Positions 19,261 to 28,361 of a DNA stretch of 32,885 nt are shown here, one piece after another. Numbering within the stretch: position 1 is the first letter of the stretch; each line of letters opens with the position of its first letter. The stretch covers positions 1-32,885 of IMG/VR virus record IMGVR_UViG_3300049171_000190. One strand, written 5' to 3'. This stretch comes from a virus. Its lineage: Duplodnaviria > Caudoviricetes. The notes beneath the pieces were generated by a model. It did no database searches and was not told the DNA's origin. It saw only the letters and a program-made list of their open reading frames with translations. Both the position numbers and the translations under genes were made by a program.

Positions 19261-19557
19261 TTACGCGGCTTCAACGACGGCGCTTGCCGGAACGTCGTCT
19301 TGAAAAGGGTGTAACGGATCCGGCGTCTCGCTTGGCCGAGGCACGTTGAGCGGCCAGTCGATGCCCTCGGGCCAGTTTTCCGAAAACCAACCCATGACTT
19401 GGTCGTACTTCCTGATGGTGAACGTCTTGTCGTCCAACCGATCAAAGAAGCGCCAGTCGTTCGCAGCAAGGCGAGCGACAGTTACGATTTCGACCTTACG
19501 CGCCGCAGCGTATAACTCGGCACAGGTCAGCAGATGACGACGAAGTTCCTGTTCCAT
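19261..19557 (-). CDS. Cro-like repressor
   Basis: Divergent from cI across the operators; MEQELRRHLL...RFFDRL...MGWFSENWP. Confidence 0.75.
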   Translation of the reverse strand: MEQELRRHLLTCAELYAAARKVEIVTVARLAANDWRFFDRLDDKTFTIRKYDQVMGWFSENWPEGIDWPLNVPRPSETPDPLHPFQDDVPASAVVEAA

Positions 19558-19569
19558 GGAGAACAAGAT

Positions 19570-19644
19570 AGTAGGAAATATCCTATTCAGTCAATAGGAT
19601 ATTTCCTACTGTCAAATTCCGGTCAGAAATCGGATAAATCCGAC
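19570..19644. promoter_or_regulatory. OR operator/promoter region
   Basis: AGTAGGAAATATCCTATT (19570-19587) and its exact reverse complement (19593-19610); degenerate third site ATCGGATAAATCCGAC (19629-19644); minus-strand TTGACA at 19610-19615. Confidence 0.85.
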
Positions 19645-20409
19645 ATGACTGAGACATTCCAGGACCGAGTGAGAAAGCGCGTGGAGGAGCTAGGGCTCCA
19701 GCCGGTTGTAGCTGCCCGCGATGCTGGCCTTGAACGCACTTTCATTATCGACATCATAAAGCCTGATGGGAAAAAGTCGGTCCGCGGCGCTAGCCTGCCA
19801 AAGCTCGCAAAAGCCCTGCAGACAAGCGTCGAGTACCTGACGTTCCAGACAGATGATCCGGGTCCTAGAGCAGCTGGCAGTGGTCAGGTTTCCTCCCCAT
19901 CGCCGCGGATTATGCTCGAGGAACTCCCAGCTGGAGACGCCTTCTCATTCGCGAAGATTGACGGGTCTGTTCAGGCCGGTGCCTTCTTGGCTGTCGAGGC
20001 CTTCGACGATGACTTAGGCGAGGTGATCTCGGCGCCCCGAGATCCATTATTCCCCTTCGCCCGACAGGTTGCCCACAAAGTGAAGGGCGACTCGATGAAT
20101 CAGGCCGAGCCCCAGCCGATGCGCGACGGGGATTACATCATCTGCGCAGCCTGGGAGGATCTCGGACTTAAGGAGAAGAACGGGCTCAACGTCGTGGTGC
20201 AGCAGACTACTGCTGACGGCCAACTCCGCGAGCGTTCCGTCAAAGAGCTGCGAGTGTTCCCCGATCATGTCGAGTTCCACCCTCGGTCCAGCAACCCGGC
20301 TCATAAGCCTATTATCGTGAACCGGGAGTACCATACTGACGACGGCAAAGAGGTCACAATCCTCTCCCTTGTCAGGTTCGTGTTCAACAACCAGGCGCTG
20401 CCGGTCTAG
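19645..20409 (+). CDS. cI: CI-like repressor (HTH + S24 peptidase)
   Basis: N-terminal HTH (LPKLAKALQTSVEYL); VQAG cleavage site, VKGDSMN catalytic Ser, SVK catalytic Lys. Confidence 0.9.
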   Translation: MTETFQDRVRKRVEELGLQPVVAARDAGLERTFIIDIIKPDGKKSVRGASLPKLAKALQTSVEYLTFQTDDPGPRAAGSGQVSSPSPRIMLEELPAGDAFSFAKIDGSVQAGAFLAVEAFDDDLGEVISAPRDPLFPFARQVAHKVKGDSMNQAEPQPMRDGDYIICAAWEDLGLKEKNGLNVVVQQTTADGQLRERSVKELRVFPDHVEFHPRSSNPAHKPIIVNREYHTDDGKEVTILSLVRFVFNNQALPV

Positions 20410-20444
20410 TCCACACGTGCGCGCACAAGATCCCTTATTGCAGC

Positions 20445-20630
20445 CTAAGAAGCCAATCTCTCCTCCAACTGGTCGAGCAAGTTCCTGAGGTGGCCTGGAA
20501 GAGGCTGATCCAACTGAGGTTGATAGAGGGCCCGCAGCGAGTGTCCGAGGATGAAACTCACTTCAGCTTGGGAATAGGTCAGGCAGGGCAAAAACTTACT
20601 GTCCGGACGAATGGCATCATTGTCCGCCAT
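20445..20630 (-). CDS. NepR-like anti-sigma factor domain protein
   Basis: GAGG RBS; LGHSLRALYQPQLDQPLPGHLRNLLDQLE resembles the NepR core IGxxLRxxYxxxxxEPxPxxxxxLLxxL. Confidence 0.65.
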   Translation of the reverse strand: MADNDAIRPDSKFLPCLTYSQAEVSFILGHSLRALYQPQLDQPLPGHLRNLLDQLEERLAS

Positions 20631-20977
20631 GAGACACCTCTAAACGCGTTACGGATAAATCTATGTTAGTCAGCAACTCACATATCCGTGTAGCGTTTCA
20701 GCGGAGCAGCAGAATCTTGTTGCCTCTTTGGAGGGATCTAGCCCTCACGTGCATGCAGGCGCGAGCTTGGTCGAGTCCATGCCCAATAACCAGGTGCCGC
20801 CGGCTTAACGCTCAGGTGGGTGGGTGGAGGCAGCGGAGCGCAGAGGTGGTCGAGCCTCCGTTCGGCTAACCTTGTTTCCCATTTGTTGTGGATAGCCCCG
20901 CCGCACGCGAACTGTGATGTTCCGTATTCGTTTTGCTTTTTGCCTTAGCTATATGATGATGGAGCGTGGTTCGTGGA

Positions 20978-22144
20978 ATGAGTCTGTACATGAAGTTTGA
21001 ACCGACATTCTACGAGTTCTTCGCAGGCGGCGGTATGGCGCGCGCTGGTCTTGGGCCATCGTGGAATTGCCTATTCGCCAACGACTTCGACCACAAAAAG
21101 AGCGCCATCTACCGAGCGAACTGGGGCGACGGCGAGATGAAGACAGCCGACGTCAAGTCGCTCAAACCGTCCGACCTTCCGGGCCAGGCTGATCTCGTCT
21201 GGGGCTCATTCCCCTGCCAAGACCTGTCGTTGGCTGGCGGCGGGGCCGGGCTCAAGGGCGAGCGCTCCGGGACGTTCTATCCATTTTGGCACCTGATGAA
21301 GGGGTTGATCAAGGACGGCCGGGCTCCAAAGCTCATTGTCCTAGAGAACGTCTGCGGTACTCTGACATCGCACGGCGGCAAGGACTTCGCGGCGATCTGC
21401 GACACCTTTGTCCAGGCCGGTTACCGCTATGGGGCGATGGTCATCGACGCGGCCCTGTTCGTGCCCCAGTCGCGTCCGCGCCTGTTTGTTATCGGCGTGC
21501 ACGAAGACATCCCTGTGCCAGCCTCCATTTGCGCCGATGACCCCAATAAGCTGTGGCACACCCGAACCCTGCGGACCGCCGTAGAGGGCCTGTCGGCGAA
21601 GGCGAAACGGAAGTGGATCTGGTGGAGTCTGCCCGTGCCAGATAAGCGGAATATTGGCTTCTCCGACCTCGTCGAGGAGAATCCGGACAGCGTGACTTGG
21701 CGCTCGGCCGCGGAGACCAAGCAACTCCTGGCTATGATGAGCGACGTCAACCTGGCTAAAGTGGAGGCAGCCAAGAAGGCCGGCCGGCCGATGGTCGGGA
21801 CGATCTACAAGCGGACCCGTCATGATGAGGATGGGATCAAGGTGCAACGCGCGGAAATCCGGTTTGACGACATCTCCGGCTGCCTCCGCACGCCAGCTGG
21901 CGGCTCGAGCCGCCAGCTGATCCTGGTTGTGAATGGCAAGAACGTCCGCTCGCGCTTAATCTCTTCGCGAGAAACAGCGCGACTTATGGGACTGCCTGAC
22001 GAGTACATCCTACCGAAAAACTACAACGAGGCGTACCACCTAACCGGGGATGGCGTGGCTGTCCCGGTGGTTCGGCACCTTGCAGCTCATCTATTCGAGC
22101 CGATACTGGATGGACAGAGAATCACATCCAGAGCTGCAGCATGA
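20978..22144 (+). CDS. C5 DNA cytosine methyltransferase
   Basis: FFAGGG (I), SFPCQD (IV), ENV (VI), QSRPR (VIII), RETARLMGLP (IX), GDGVAVP (X); start could be 20966, 20978 or 20990. Confidence 0.95.
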   Translation: MSLYMKFEPTFYEFFAGGGMARAGLGPSWNCLFANDFDHKKSAIYRANWGDGEMKTADVKSLKPSDLPGQADLVWGSFPCQDLSLAGGGAGLKGERSGTFYPFWHLMKGLIKDGRAPKLIVLENVCGTLTSHGGKDFAAICDTFVQAGYRYGAMVIDAALFVPQSRPRLFVIGVHEDIPVPASICADDPNKLWHTRTLRTAVEGLSAKAKRKWIWWSLPVPDKRNIGFSDLVEENPDSVTWRSAAETKQLLAMMSDVNLAKVEAAKKAGRPMVGTIYKRTRHDEDGIKVQRAEIRFDDISGCLRTPAGGSSRQLILVVNGKNVRSRLISSRETARLMGLPDEYILPKNYNEAYHLTGDGVAVPVVRHLAAHLFEPILDGQRITSRAAA

Positions 22145-22998
22145 GCGTCATTCCTTGCGAAAAGAATCAAGACTTCCAAGATCAGGTCGAGGAATTCGCT
22201 GAAGTCTTAAAAACTCGCGCGCATCTGCTCGTGAATATGAGCGAAGAAGAAGTGTATGAGACAGGGCTATTTAGAGCTGCAGTCGAGCGAATCCGGGGTC
22301 AATACTCCGCCACAATGAGAGACAAGCGTGACTTCGTATCTCGCATATTAAATTATATGCAGGATAGAAATTTCATTAATGAGTGGGAATCTTCAGGCGA
22401 CGACAACCGTCATGACTATACAGTCTATATGCAAAGCGGCCGTGTTTCGGTAATTGAACTGAAAGGATGCCTAGACGGCAACAACACGAATATCTTCGAA
22501 AGACCACCAAACGCCAATGAGTTCATCATTTGGAGCGTATGCACAAATCTTGGGGCAGACCCGCGTAAGAATGCTTGGTCAGGAATACATACTCGATTAT
22601 CTGCCGATATTGTCTCACGAGCGCAGTTGGTTGACGGTGTTGTTGTTTGGGACTTCATGTGTGGCACATTGGGGCGACCTTGCCCAAAAATTGGGCGCGA
22701 TGGCGACGAGAGGCGGCTAACAACAGTTGGGCCTTACCAAGTTCCTCCTGCGTGCATCTACTTAATGCCTGCAACTATACCCACTCCACGACATAATCCT
22801 TCCCCAACTGCCCAACCCATTCAGGACGTTGAGTTTCTGCATGCACTGCATGCCTGTTTTTTGGGGCGTGATGATGAGCTAAACTATGTAGACTTCGAGG
22901 TTGCATACAGCGGCAGTAACACAGTGCGGAAAACAGTCGTAAGACGAGCAGGAAGAGTTCAAAAAGAGTCAAGACCGACAGCAATTCAACGGACCTAA
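22141..22998 (+). CDS. Putative type II restriction endonuclease (PD-(D/E)xK)
   Basis: RHDYTV...VIELKG motif; translationally coupled between MTase and Vsr; visibly lower GC than the phage backbone. Confidence 0.65.
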   Translation: MSVIPCEKNQDFQDQVEEFAEVLKTRAHLLVNMSEEEVYETGLFRAAVERIRGQYSATMRDKRDFVSRILNYMQDRNFINEWESSGDDNRHDYTVYMQSGRVSVIELKGCLDGNNTNIFERPPNANEFIIWSVCTNLGADPRKNAWSGIHTRLSADIVSRAQLVDGVVVWDFMCGTLGRPCPKIGRDGDERRLTTVGPYQVPPACIYLMPATIPTPRHNPSPTAQPIQDVEFLHALHACFLGRDDELNYVDFEVAYSGSNTVRKTVVRRAGRVQKESRPTAIQRT

Positions 22999-23384
22999 TG
23001 GACCGCTCAAGCATAATGCGACTGGTAGGCTCGGCAAATACAAAGCCTGAGTTGATCGTAAGGCGCATAGTCCATGGGCTGGGATACCGTTATAGACTCC
23101 ACCGCAAAGATCTTCCAGGCACGCCAGACCTTGCTTTCATCTCAAGGAAAAAGGTTGTTTTCGTGCATGGTTGCTTTTGGCACGGGCATGATTGTGGCAG
23201 AGGCAGCCGGATCCCAAAGACAAATACCGAGTATTGGCAAAATAAGGTTGCAAGAAATAAGAAGCGTGACGCTCGCGCGAAAGCTGAGCTTGAAGCCGTC
23301 GGCTGGGAAGTTCTCATCCTTTGGGAATGTGAGCTAAAAGATATTGAGCGAGTAACGAATGTTCTCCAGCGCTTTCTCTCATGA
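22998..23384 (+). CDS. vsr: Very short patch repair endonuclease
   Basis: NTKPELIVRR, DLPGTPD, FVHGCFWHGH, ILWEC motifs. Confidence 0.95.
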   Translation: MDRSSIMRLVGSANTKPELIVRRIVHGLGYRYRLHRKDLPGTPDLAFISRKKVVFVHGCFWHGHDCGRGSRIPKTNTEYWQNKVARNKKRDARAKAELEAVGWEVLILWECELKDIERVTNVLQRFLS

Positions 23385-23603
23385 CGGGCGCGCACTGCAA
23401 ATATTAACTGAGAAGCTTCTTCCGCCCACCCAGCACTAGTGCCTACGAAGGGCAGTTTCCCCGCAGTTTCGACGCCTCGCTCCTCACACGTTACAGATCA
23501 TACAGCGCAAACAGCTTTTATTTGGCCAAGCTGAAACCAGCCTCCAGCCCCAGACATTCCCATCACGAAGGTTGCTTCCTGGAAAGGCCTTCACGGACTA
23601 GGA

Positions 23604-23648
23604 GGCCTCCTCACCTACTGGGCAACGGCGGGTGAGGAGGCCCTTTTT
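23604..23648 (+). terminator. Intrinsic terminator after the MTase-REase-vsr operon
   Basis: GGCCTCCTCACC / GGTGAGGAGGCC 12-bp stem followed by CTTTTT. Confidence 0.7.
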
Positions 23649-23649
23649 A

Positions 23650-24009
23650 TTACTGAAACAGGTTGCGTTTCGGCAGTCCGGGCAGCCTCAGCCCCGGCGG
23701 GGGCTCCAGCGGTTCAACCTCGATGCCAGGCGAGAGATGAACGATCGCCACCAGGATCGCGGCTGGCCTGATACCCAATTCCTCCTCAATCCCCTTCAGC
23801 AGTTCCTCGTCCTTCGAGACGTATTCGAGGACGCCTAACAGGAAGCCCGGCGACTTGGCTGCATCACGGAGGGTCTCTGGCTGCAGGCCGGTCACGTTTA
23901 GAAACTGAACGATCCGATCATCATCGGTGACAATGAAGTTCAAGACTTGGATCGCGATGCTCTCGGCGTCGCCGCGACCCTGAAATGTCTCGGTCATATT
24001 AGCTTCCAT
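23650..24009 (-). CDS. DUF3572 family protein
   Basis: AESIAIQVLNFI..DDRIVQFLNVTGLQPETLR..PGFLLGVLEY pattern. Confidence 0.8.
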   Translation of the reverse strand: MEANMTETFQGRGDAESIAIQVLNFIVTDDDRIVQFLNVTGLQPETLRDAAKSPGFLLGVLEYVSKDEELLKGIEEELGIRPAAILVAIVHLSPGIEVEPLEPPPGLRLPGLPKRNLFQ

Positions 24010-24289
24010 AGGCCTCTGTGTCGGTCGGTGCCCGAACGTAGATTACATCCTGGTAACTCGCGTGCTCGCAATTGCAGCGCTCGCAGCGAAATTGAATGTG
24101 GTCGAGAACGCCGCTCTCGTAAAAGTCGTCTTTAGTCGCGGGGTCATTCGGCTCGTCGTAGAGGGTCAGGTCGAAGGGATGCTCGTGCTGACACTCCAAG
24201 CACTTCAGTGAGAGACGGAACTTGCGCTCCTGAATGATCGGGCGCACCGCTGAACCACTACGGGACGAAGGCGGGAGGAGGACGGACAC
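23999..24289 (-). CDS. Small Zn-finger protein, SOS-boxed
   Basis: AGGAG RBS and GTG start; CLEC...CERC pair. Confidence 0.7.
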   Translation of the reverse strand: MSVLLPPSSRSGSAVRPIIQERKFRLSLKCLECQHEHPFDLTLYDEPNDPATKDDFYESGVLDHIQFRCERCNCEHASYQDVIYVRAPTDTEAYGS

Positions 24290-24306
24290 TCTTTGCTCCT
24301 GTGAAT

Positions 24307-24321
24307 GTTCCTATTTTGTTC
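24307..24321. promoter_or_regulatory. Alphaproteobacterial LexA (SOS) box
   Basis: GTTC-CTATTTT-GTTC matches GTTC-N7-GTTC exactly; 17 bp upstream of the 24289 start. Confidence 0.8.
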
Positions 24322-24400
24322 ATGGTGAGGTAACCCTAACGGGGAGTCGAGTCCCATAGGAATTTTCCACAGGCATCCACAGGTAGGAACTGAGATGCTT

Positions 24401-24465
24401 GATCAGTATAATAGGATATTTCCTACTTCTTGGTTGACAGTAGGAAATATCCTATTATACTGATC
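24401..24465 (+). promoter_or_regulatory. OL operators and PL-type promoter
   Basis: 27-bp perfect inverted repeat containing the same 18-bp operator as OR; TTGACA (24434) N16 TATACT (24456). Confidence 0.88.
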
Positions 24466-24497
24466 CTCATTCGAATTACTCCCTCGGATGAGCCCCC

Positions 24498-24602
24498 ATG
24501 CAACCCCTCTCCTCCTTTCTCCTTGAAATCGCCCGCGATGGCTTCGCTGTCGTGTTCCTGCTTGGCGTTGTCGGCCTCGGCTGCGTGGCGCTGGGAGGTT
24601 GA
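24498..24602 (+). CDS. Small hydrophobic peptide (34 aa), first gene of the early operon
   Basis: MQPLSSFLLEIARDGFAVVFLLGVVGLGCVALGG; read by eye. Confidence 0.4.
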   Translation: MQPLSSFLLEIARDGFAVVFLLGVVGLGCVALGG

Positions 24603-24603
24603 T

Positions 24604-24852
24604 GTGGGGCACGTTGTTCGCTTCCCGCGCCGTCTGCGGGCCATCCAGCCGATCACCGCCGAGCAGGTCGAAGTCCGGGATGCTCTGATCAGGACGCTCA
24701 GCGAGTTCGATTTGTGCCCTGCCTGCAAAGGCCGAGGGATCTTCGCTTACAAAGGCAGAATGGGTGTCGTAATCTTCGATCGCTGCCCGTGTGGCGGTGA
24801 TGACGACAATCGCATCGACATTGACGGCTCCGATCTTGGAGGGGCCGCCTGA
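24604..24852 (+). CDS. Small Cys-motif (CPACKGRG) phage protein
   Basis: GGAGG RBS and GTG at 24604; CxxCxGxG...CPC. Confidence 0.55.
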   Translation: MGHVVRFPRRLRAIQPITAEQVEVRDALIRTLSEFDLCPACKGRGIFAYKGRMGVVIFDRCPCGGDDDNRIDIDGSDLGGAA

Positions 24853-25232
24853 TGCAAGTCATCATCACAACCAAGGCGGATGCCCGCGCAATCTCGGAAG
24901 CGAACCCGTCTGCGGTCGTTGTTGCGCTCTTGAGAAGGTCTCTCCTTCGCGATGGCGAGAGCGTTTGCCTTCATGAAAACTACTTTCGTTACATCACGGC
25001 CATTCTCGCGCGCCGCAGCATCCCAATCGCATGCACTGAGTTAATCGACCACCTATGGGGCGACGACGCGGACGGCGGCCCCGATAACGCAGAGAGCCGC
25101 ATTCAGAGCACTTACCCGACGCTCGTGCGCAGGCAGATTGCGCGCCTAGGCCTTGGGATCGAGAGCGGATACGGCTTGGGCTATCGGATCGTAGATTTGC
25201 GGGCCGAGCCGAACCAGCAGAGGGCCGCCTGA
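24852..25232 (+). CDS. OmpR/PhoB-type winged-helix DNA-binding protein
   Basis: ELIDHLWGDDADGGP...IESGYGLGYRI pattern of Trans_reg_C. Confidence 0.7.
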   Translation: MQVIITTKADARAISEANPSAVVVALLRRSLLRDGESVCLHENYFRYITAILARRSIPIACTELIDHLWGDDADGGPDNAESRIQSTYPTLVRRQIARLGLGIESGYGLGYRIVDLRAEPNQQRAA

Positions 25233-25338
25233 TGCCCTTTCACACGACTCGCAAAGCATACAGCAGCAACGCTCAGGCCCTCGTGGCAACCGTGCTCGTT
25301 GTGAGCCTTGCTGCGGTCGTCACGCTCGTGGTGCTGCC

Positions 25339-25806
25339 ATGACAATCACCTGCACAGCACTGCCGCTTAAGTACGTCAATCCAATCGGTGTTGATCATCC
25401 AGCCGTGCTGGCTCTGCTCAAGACCAACAGGTCGCGTACATCCTACGCGCCGGCCACGGTAAAGAACCGTGCTTGGGCATCGCGTGAGCTGTACTGCCTC
25501 TGGATTTACGGCCTGCTCCCACACCTGCCGCGTGAGGTTTTCACCTGCCTTCCGCTGCAACTGCCGGAGCGCCCATCATTCGATGAGATCAAGGCTGATC
25601 TAGCAGGCAAGTTGCATGGCTGCAGCTGCCCGACCGAATACGCCTGTCACGCCGCCATTCTCGCTTACGTCGCAAATGCCAGGGGCTATGCGGCGAACCC
25701 TCCCTTGCGCGGCCCGCCGCCGGAGCGCCGCCGCCGATCATCCACTGCCGAGCGCGACGAGCTCGCGCGAGAAGCCTACCGCCGCACCAATCGCTGGGGG
25801 ATTTGA
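25339..25806 (+). CDS. DUF4326-like phage protein
   Basis: LAGKLHGCSCP..ACHAAIL resembles the LxGKxLxCWC..CHADVL motif. Confidence 0.6.
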   Translation: MTITCTALPLKYVNPIGVDHPAVLALLKTNRSRTSYAPATVKNRAWASRELYCLWIYGLLPHLPREVFTCLPLQLPERPSFDEIKADLAGKLHGCSCPTEYACHAAILAYVANARGYAANPPLRGPPPERRRRSSTAERDELAREAYRRTNRWGI

Positions 25807-26143
25807 TGGAAGCCCTTTTTGCCATCGTGCCGGTCATCGTCCTGATTGCCTGGCTCGGCACCGCCTCTCTGCGGCATGAGCGCCGCCGACTCGACCGCAT
25901 CACAGATGAAGTGCGCCGCACCTCTACGCCTGAGCAGCGCGCTCGCGAAGCCTACGACGATCTTTCAACGGAGTGGTGATCCATGCCGCAAGTGTCACCG
26001 CACACAGAAATCGAGAGCCTGAAGGCATGCATCCAGCGCGACAAGGCCAGCCACAAGAGCACCGCTCGCGCTGAGACGCGCCTTCGAGACCTTCTGCACA
26101 AGCAGCTGCGTCGGGAAGTGCGTGCGATGAAGAGGAAAGCCCG

Positions 26144-26428
26144 ATGAGCATGGACCAGGTTGCTCAGAAGCTGCCGACATATCGGCTCGATCAGCGCCGG
26201 CCAGATAAGGGCCAGAAGGTCATGCTGACAGCGCGTGACCACCTTGGGCCTTACCCAATCGATTTCGCATGCGAATGGGATGGCGAGGGATTCCTCAACC
26301 CGAATACAGGAAAGCGCCTTCAGGTGGCAGTTGTTGCCTGGCGTCCGACGCATGTGCTTGACCGCCACAAGCCCTACAAGCCGTCGCGACTGACGTTCCA
26401 TGATGTGCGCTCGCAGGCGAAGTTCTGA
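26144..26428 (+). CDS. Hypothetical phage protein
   Basis: GAGG RBS; coupled to the next gene. Confidence 0.6.
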   Translation: MSMDQVAQKLPTYRLDQRRPDKGQKVMLTARDHLGPYPIDFACEWDGEGFLNPNTGKRLQVAVVAWRPTHVLDRHKPYKPSRLTFHDVRSQAKF

Positions 26429-26820
26429 TGGCCTTCCGTATCTGCGAAGATGTCGGCACTACTAAACGCCGGAAAATGACGCCTCGTCGGGCTCTGAAGA
26501 TTTGGGAAATGTACAAGGGCGTTTGTGCCCTCTGCCACCAGCCAATCGATGGAGCCCGCGAAGACTGGTTCATTGAGCATTTGATCGCTCTCGAGAACGG
26601 CGGATCGGATGAGGACGAGAGCGGCAATCTTGGCCCCGCTCACCTCTGGCACAAGGCCGCGAAGGATGCCGTCGACCACAGCGCCGGTGCCGAAGCCAAG
26701 AGGCGGAAACGCCATCACATCGGGATCAAACAGCGCAAAGGCCCGCCCATGATCGGCAGCCGTGACAGCGGCTGGAAGCGGAAGATGGACGGGACGCTCG
26801 TTCGGAGGGGCAGACAATGA
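26428..26820 (+). CDS. HNH endonuclease-like protein
   Basis: CALC, IEHLIALENGGSD, NLGPAH; C-terminal WKRKMDG tail. Confidence 0.8.
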   Translation: MAFRICEDVGTTKRRKMTPRRALKIWEMYKGVCALCHQPIDGAREDWFIEHLIALENGGSDEDESGNLGPAHLWHKAAKDAVDHSAGAEAKRRKRHHIGIKQRKGPPMIGSRDSGWKRKMDGTLVRRGRQ

Positions 26821-26902
26821 ACTCAGACATCATCATCCCTTCCCCGACCGGAGCTGTGTCTCGCGTACCGGTCGGCGGGGGTTCTGCGATTGAGGTGCGG
26901 AG

Positions 26903-27538
26903 ATGAGCCAGAACACGTCACATGCCGTGATGGCTCAGCGCATCGAGCCGCATGACTCGCTGGATTACTTCCCGACGCCGCCTTGGGCTACGCGGGCTCT
27001 GTGTCAGTGGCTCCAGGCCAATGTGGGTTCGCTGGGCGGGGCGACGGCATGGGAACCTGCCTGCGGCGAGGGCCACATGGCGCGGCCTCTCGCTGAGTAT
27101 TTCCATTTCGTGATGGCCACGGATGTTCATGATTATGGGCATGGCGAGATCTGCGATTTTCTCTTCCCAAATGAATGGGCAGAAGCGGACTGGGATTGGA
27201 TCATCACGAATCCTCCCTTCCGCCTGGCAGAGCAGTTCATTCTGCGCGGCCTTGATCTGGCCACGAGAGGTGTTGCTGTCCTAGTCCGAACATCCTTCCT
27301 CGAAGGTGGTGGGCGATATGCCAACCTGTTTTCGCAGGTGCCGCCATCGGTGATCCTTCAATTCGCAGAGCGCGTCCCAATGCATAAGGGTCGTCTGGAT
27401 CCGAACGGCTCCACCGCAACTGCATATTGCTGGATCATTTGGCGCAAAGACTACGAGGGGCCAACGCGCTTCGGCTGGTTAGCGCCAAGCCGGCGGCGGT
27501 TAGAGCGACCTGAAGATTATCAGGAGATCGCCGCATGA
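26903..27538 (+). CDS. Orphan amino (N6-A/N4-C) DNA methyltransferase
   Basis: DYFPTP, WEPACGEG SAM-binding motif, IITNPPF catalytic motif. Confidence 0.85.
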   Translation: MSQNTSHAVMAQRIEPHDSLDYFPTPPWATRALCQWLQANVGSLGGATAWEPACGEGHMARPLAEYFHFVMATDVHDYGHGEICDFLFPNEWAEADWDWIITNPPFRLAEQFILRGLDLATRGVAVLVRTSFLEGGGRYANLFSQVPPSVILQFAERVPMHKGRLDPNGSTATAYCWIIWRKDYEGPTRFGWLAPSRRRLERPEDYQEIAA

Positions 27539-27667
27539 ACTCCTCCGGCTTTGATCGCCCATATCCACCTTGGCTTCCGGTGTTCGTGCTGATCGCGTGC
27601 GCGTTGCTCGCTGCACTGCTGTTTTGAGCCCCGCCCCTTATTCAAGCAAGCCTCCTGAGAGAAGACC

Positions 27668-28102
27668 ATGACACTAGTGCAAAGACTGATTGAACTGAGA
27701 GAGAAGGCAACTCAAGCGGAATGGTCCGAGGGGTCTGTCTATAGCGGCTCGCAAGAACTACTGGACAGATGCGGCGTCCTGTACGCGGGCGATGACCTTC
27801 AGGTTGAGTTTGAAGGCGACAAGGCCCCTGCAGCTGCCGAACTCGTGTTCGCCCTGCTGACGAACCTCGACACGATCATCGCCGCCCTCCAACCCAAAGC
27901 CGGGGAGATGGAGACCGAAGCCGGGGATATGGAGATCGCACTTATGCCCCTCGCTGCCTGGGCAGACATTATGAAGAGTGATGCGCCAGACGATACGCCG
28001 CTGCCCTCGGGCATCCCACACATTTCATTGACACTTGGCCACGCGCGTAAAGCGAAGACCGCTCTCGCCACCTCTCAGAAGGAGGATGGGGATGTCCGGT
28101 AA
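27668..28102 (+). CDS. Hypothetical phage early protein
   Basis: LIELREKATQAEW N-terminus; RBS present. Confidence 0.65.
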   Translation: MTLVQRLIELREKATQAEWSEGSVYSGSQELLDRCGVLYAGDDLQVEFEGDKAPAAAELVFALLTNLDTIIAALQPKAGEMETEAGDMEIALMPLAAWADIMKSDAPDDTPLPSGIPHISLTLGHARKAKTALATSQKEDGDVR

Positions 28103-28361
28103 GCACACTCCTGGGCCTTGGACATATGAAGTCCACGAGCTTTCCTCTGGCTTCTCCGGGATCGTTTACGACGCGCAAGGATACTGCGTCGGCACGGACC
28201 ATCTGACCGAAGCAGACGCCCGTCTTATCGCCGCCGCGCCTGAAATGCTGGAGGCTCTTCGCCAAATCGGCCTTCGGTATGGCCCCACAGTGACGCTGCA
28301 AGACTGCATTGATCTAGCTCAGTCCATCATCGCCAAAGCTGAAGGCACATCCCATGACTGA
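28092..28361 (+). CDS. Hypothetical phage protein (HTPGPW...ARLIAAAPEMLEAL type)
   Basis: GGAGG RBS; MSGKHTPGPW...DARLIAAAPEMLEAL. Confidence 0.75.
   Translation: MSGKHTPGPWTYEVHELSSGFSGIVYDAQGYCVGTDHLTEADARLIAAAPEMLEALRQIGLRYGPTVTLQDCIDLAQSIIAKAEGTSHD

Noticed and set aside
18837-19303. ORFs between cro and cII
   Set aside because: Three overlapping candidates, none with distinguishing support
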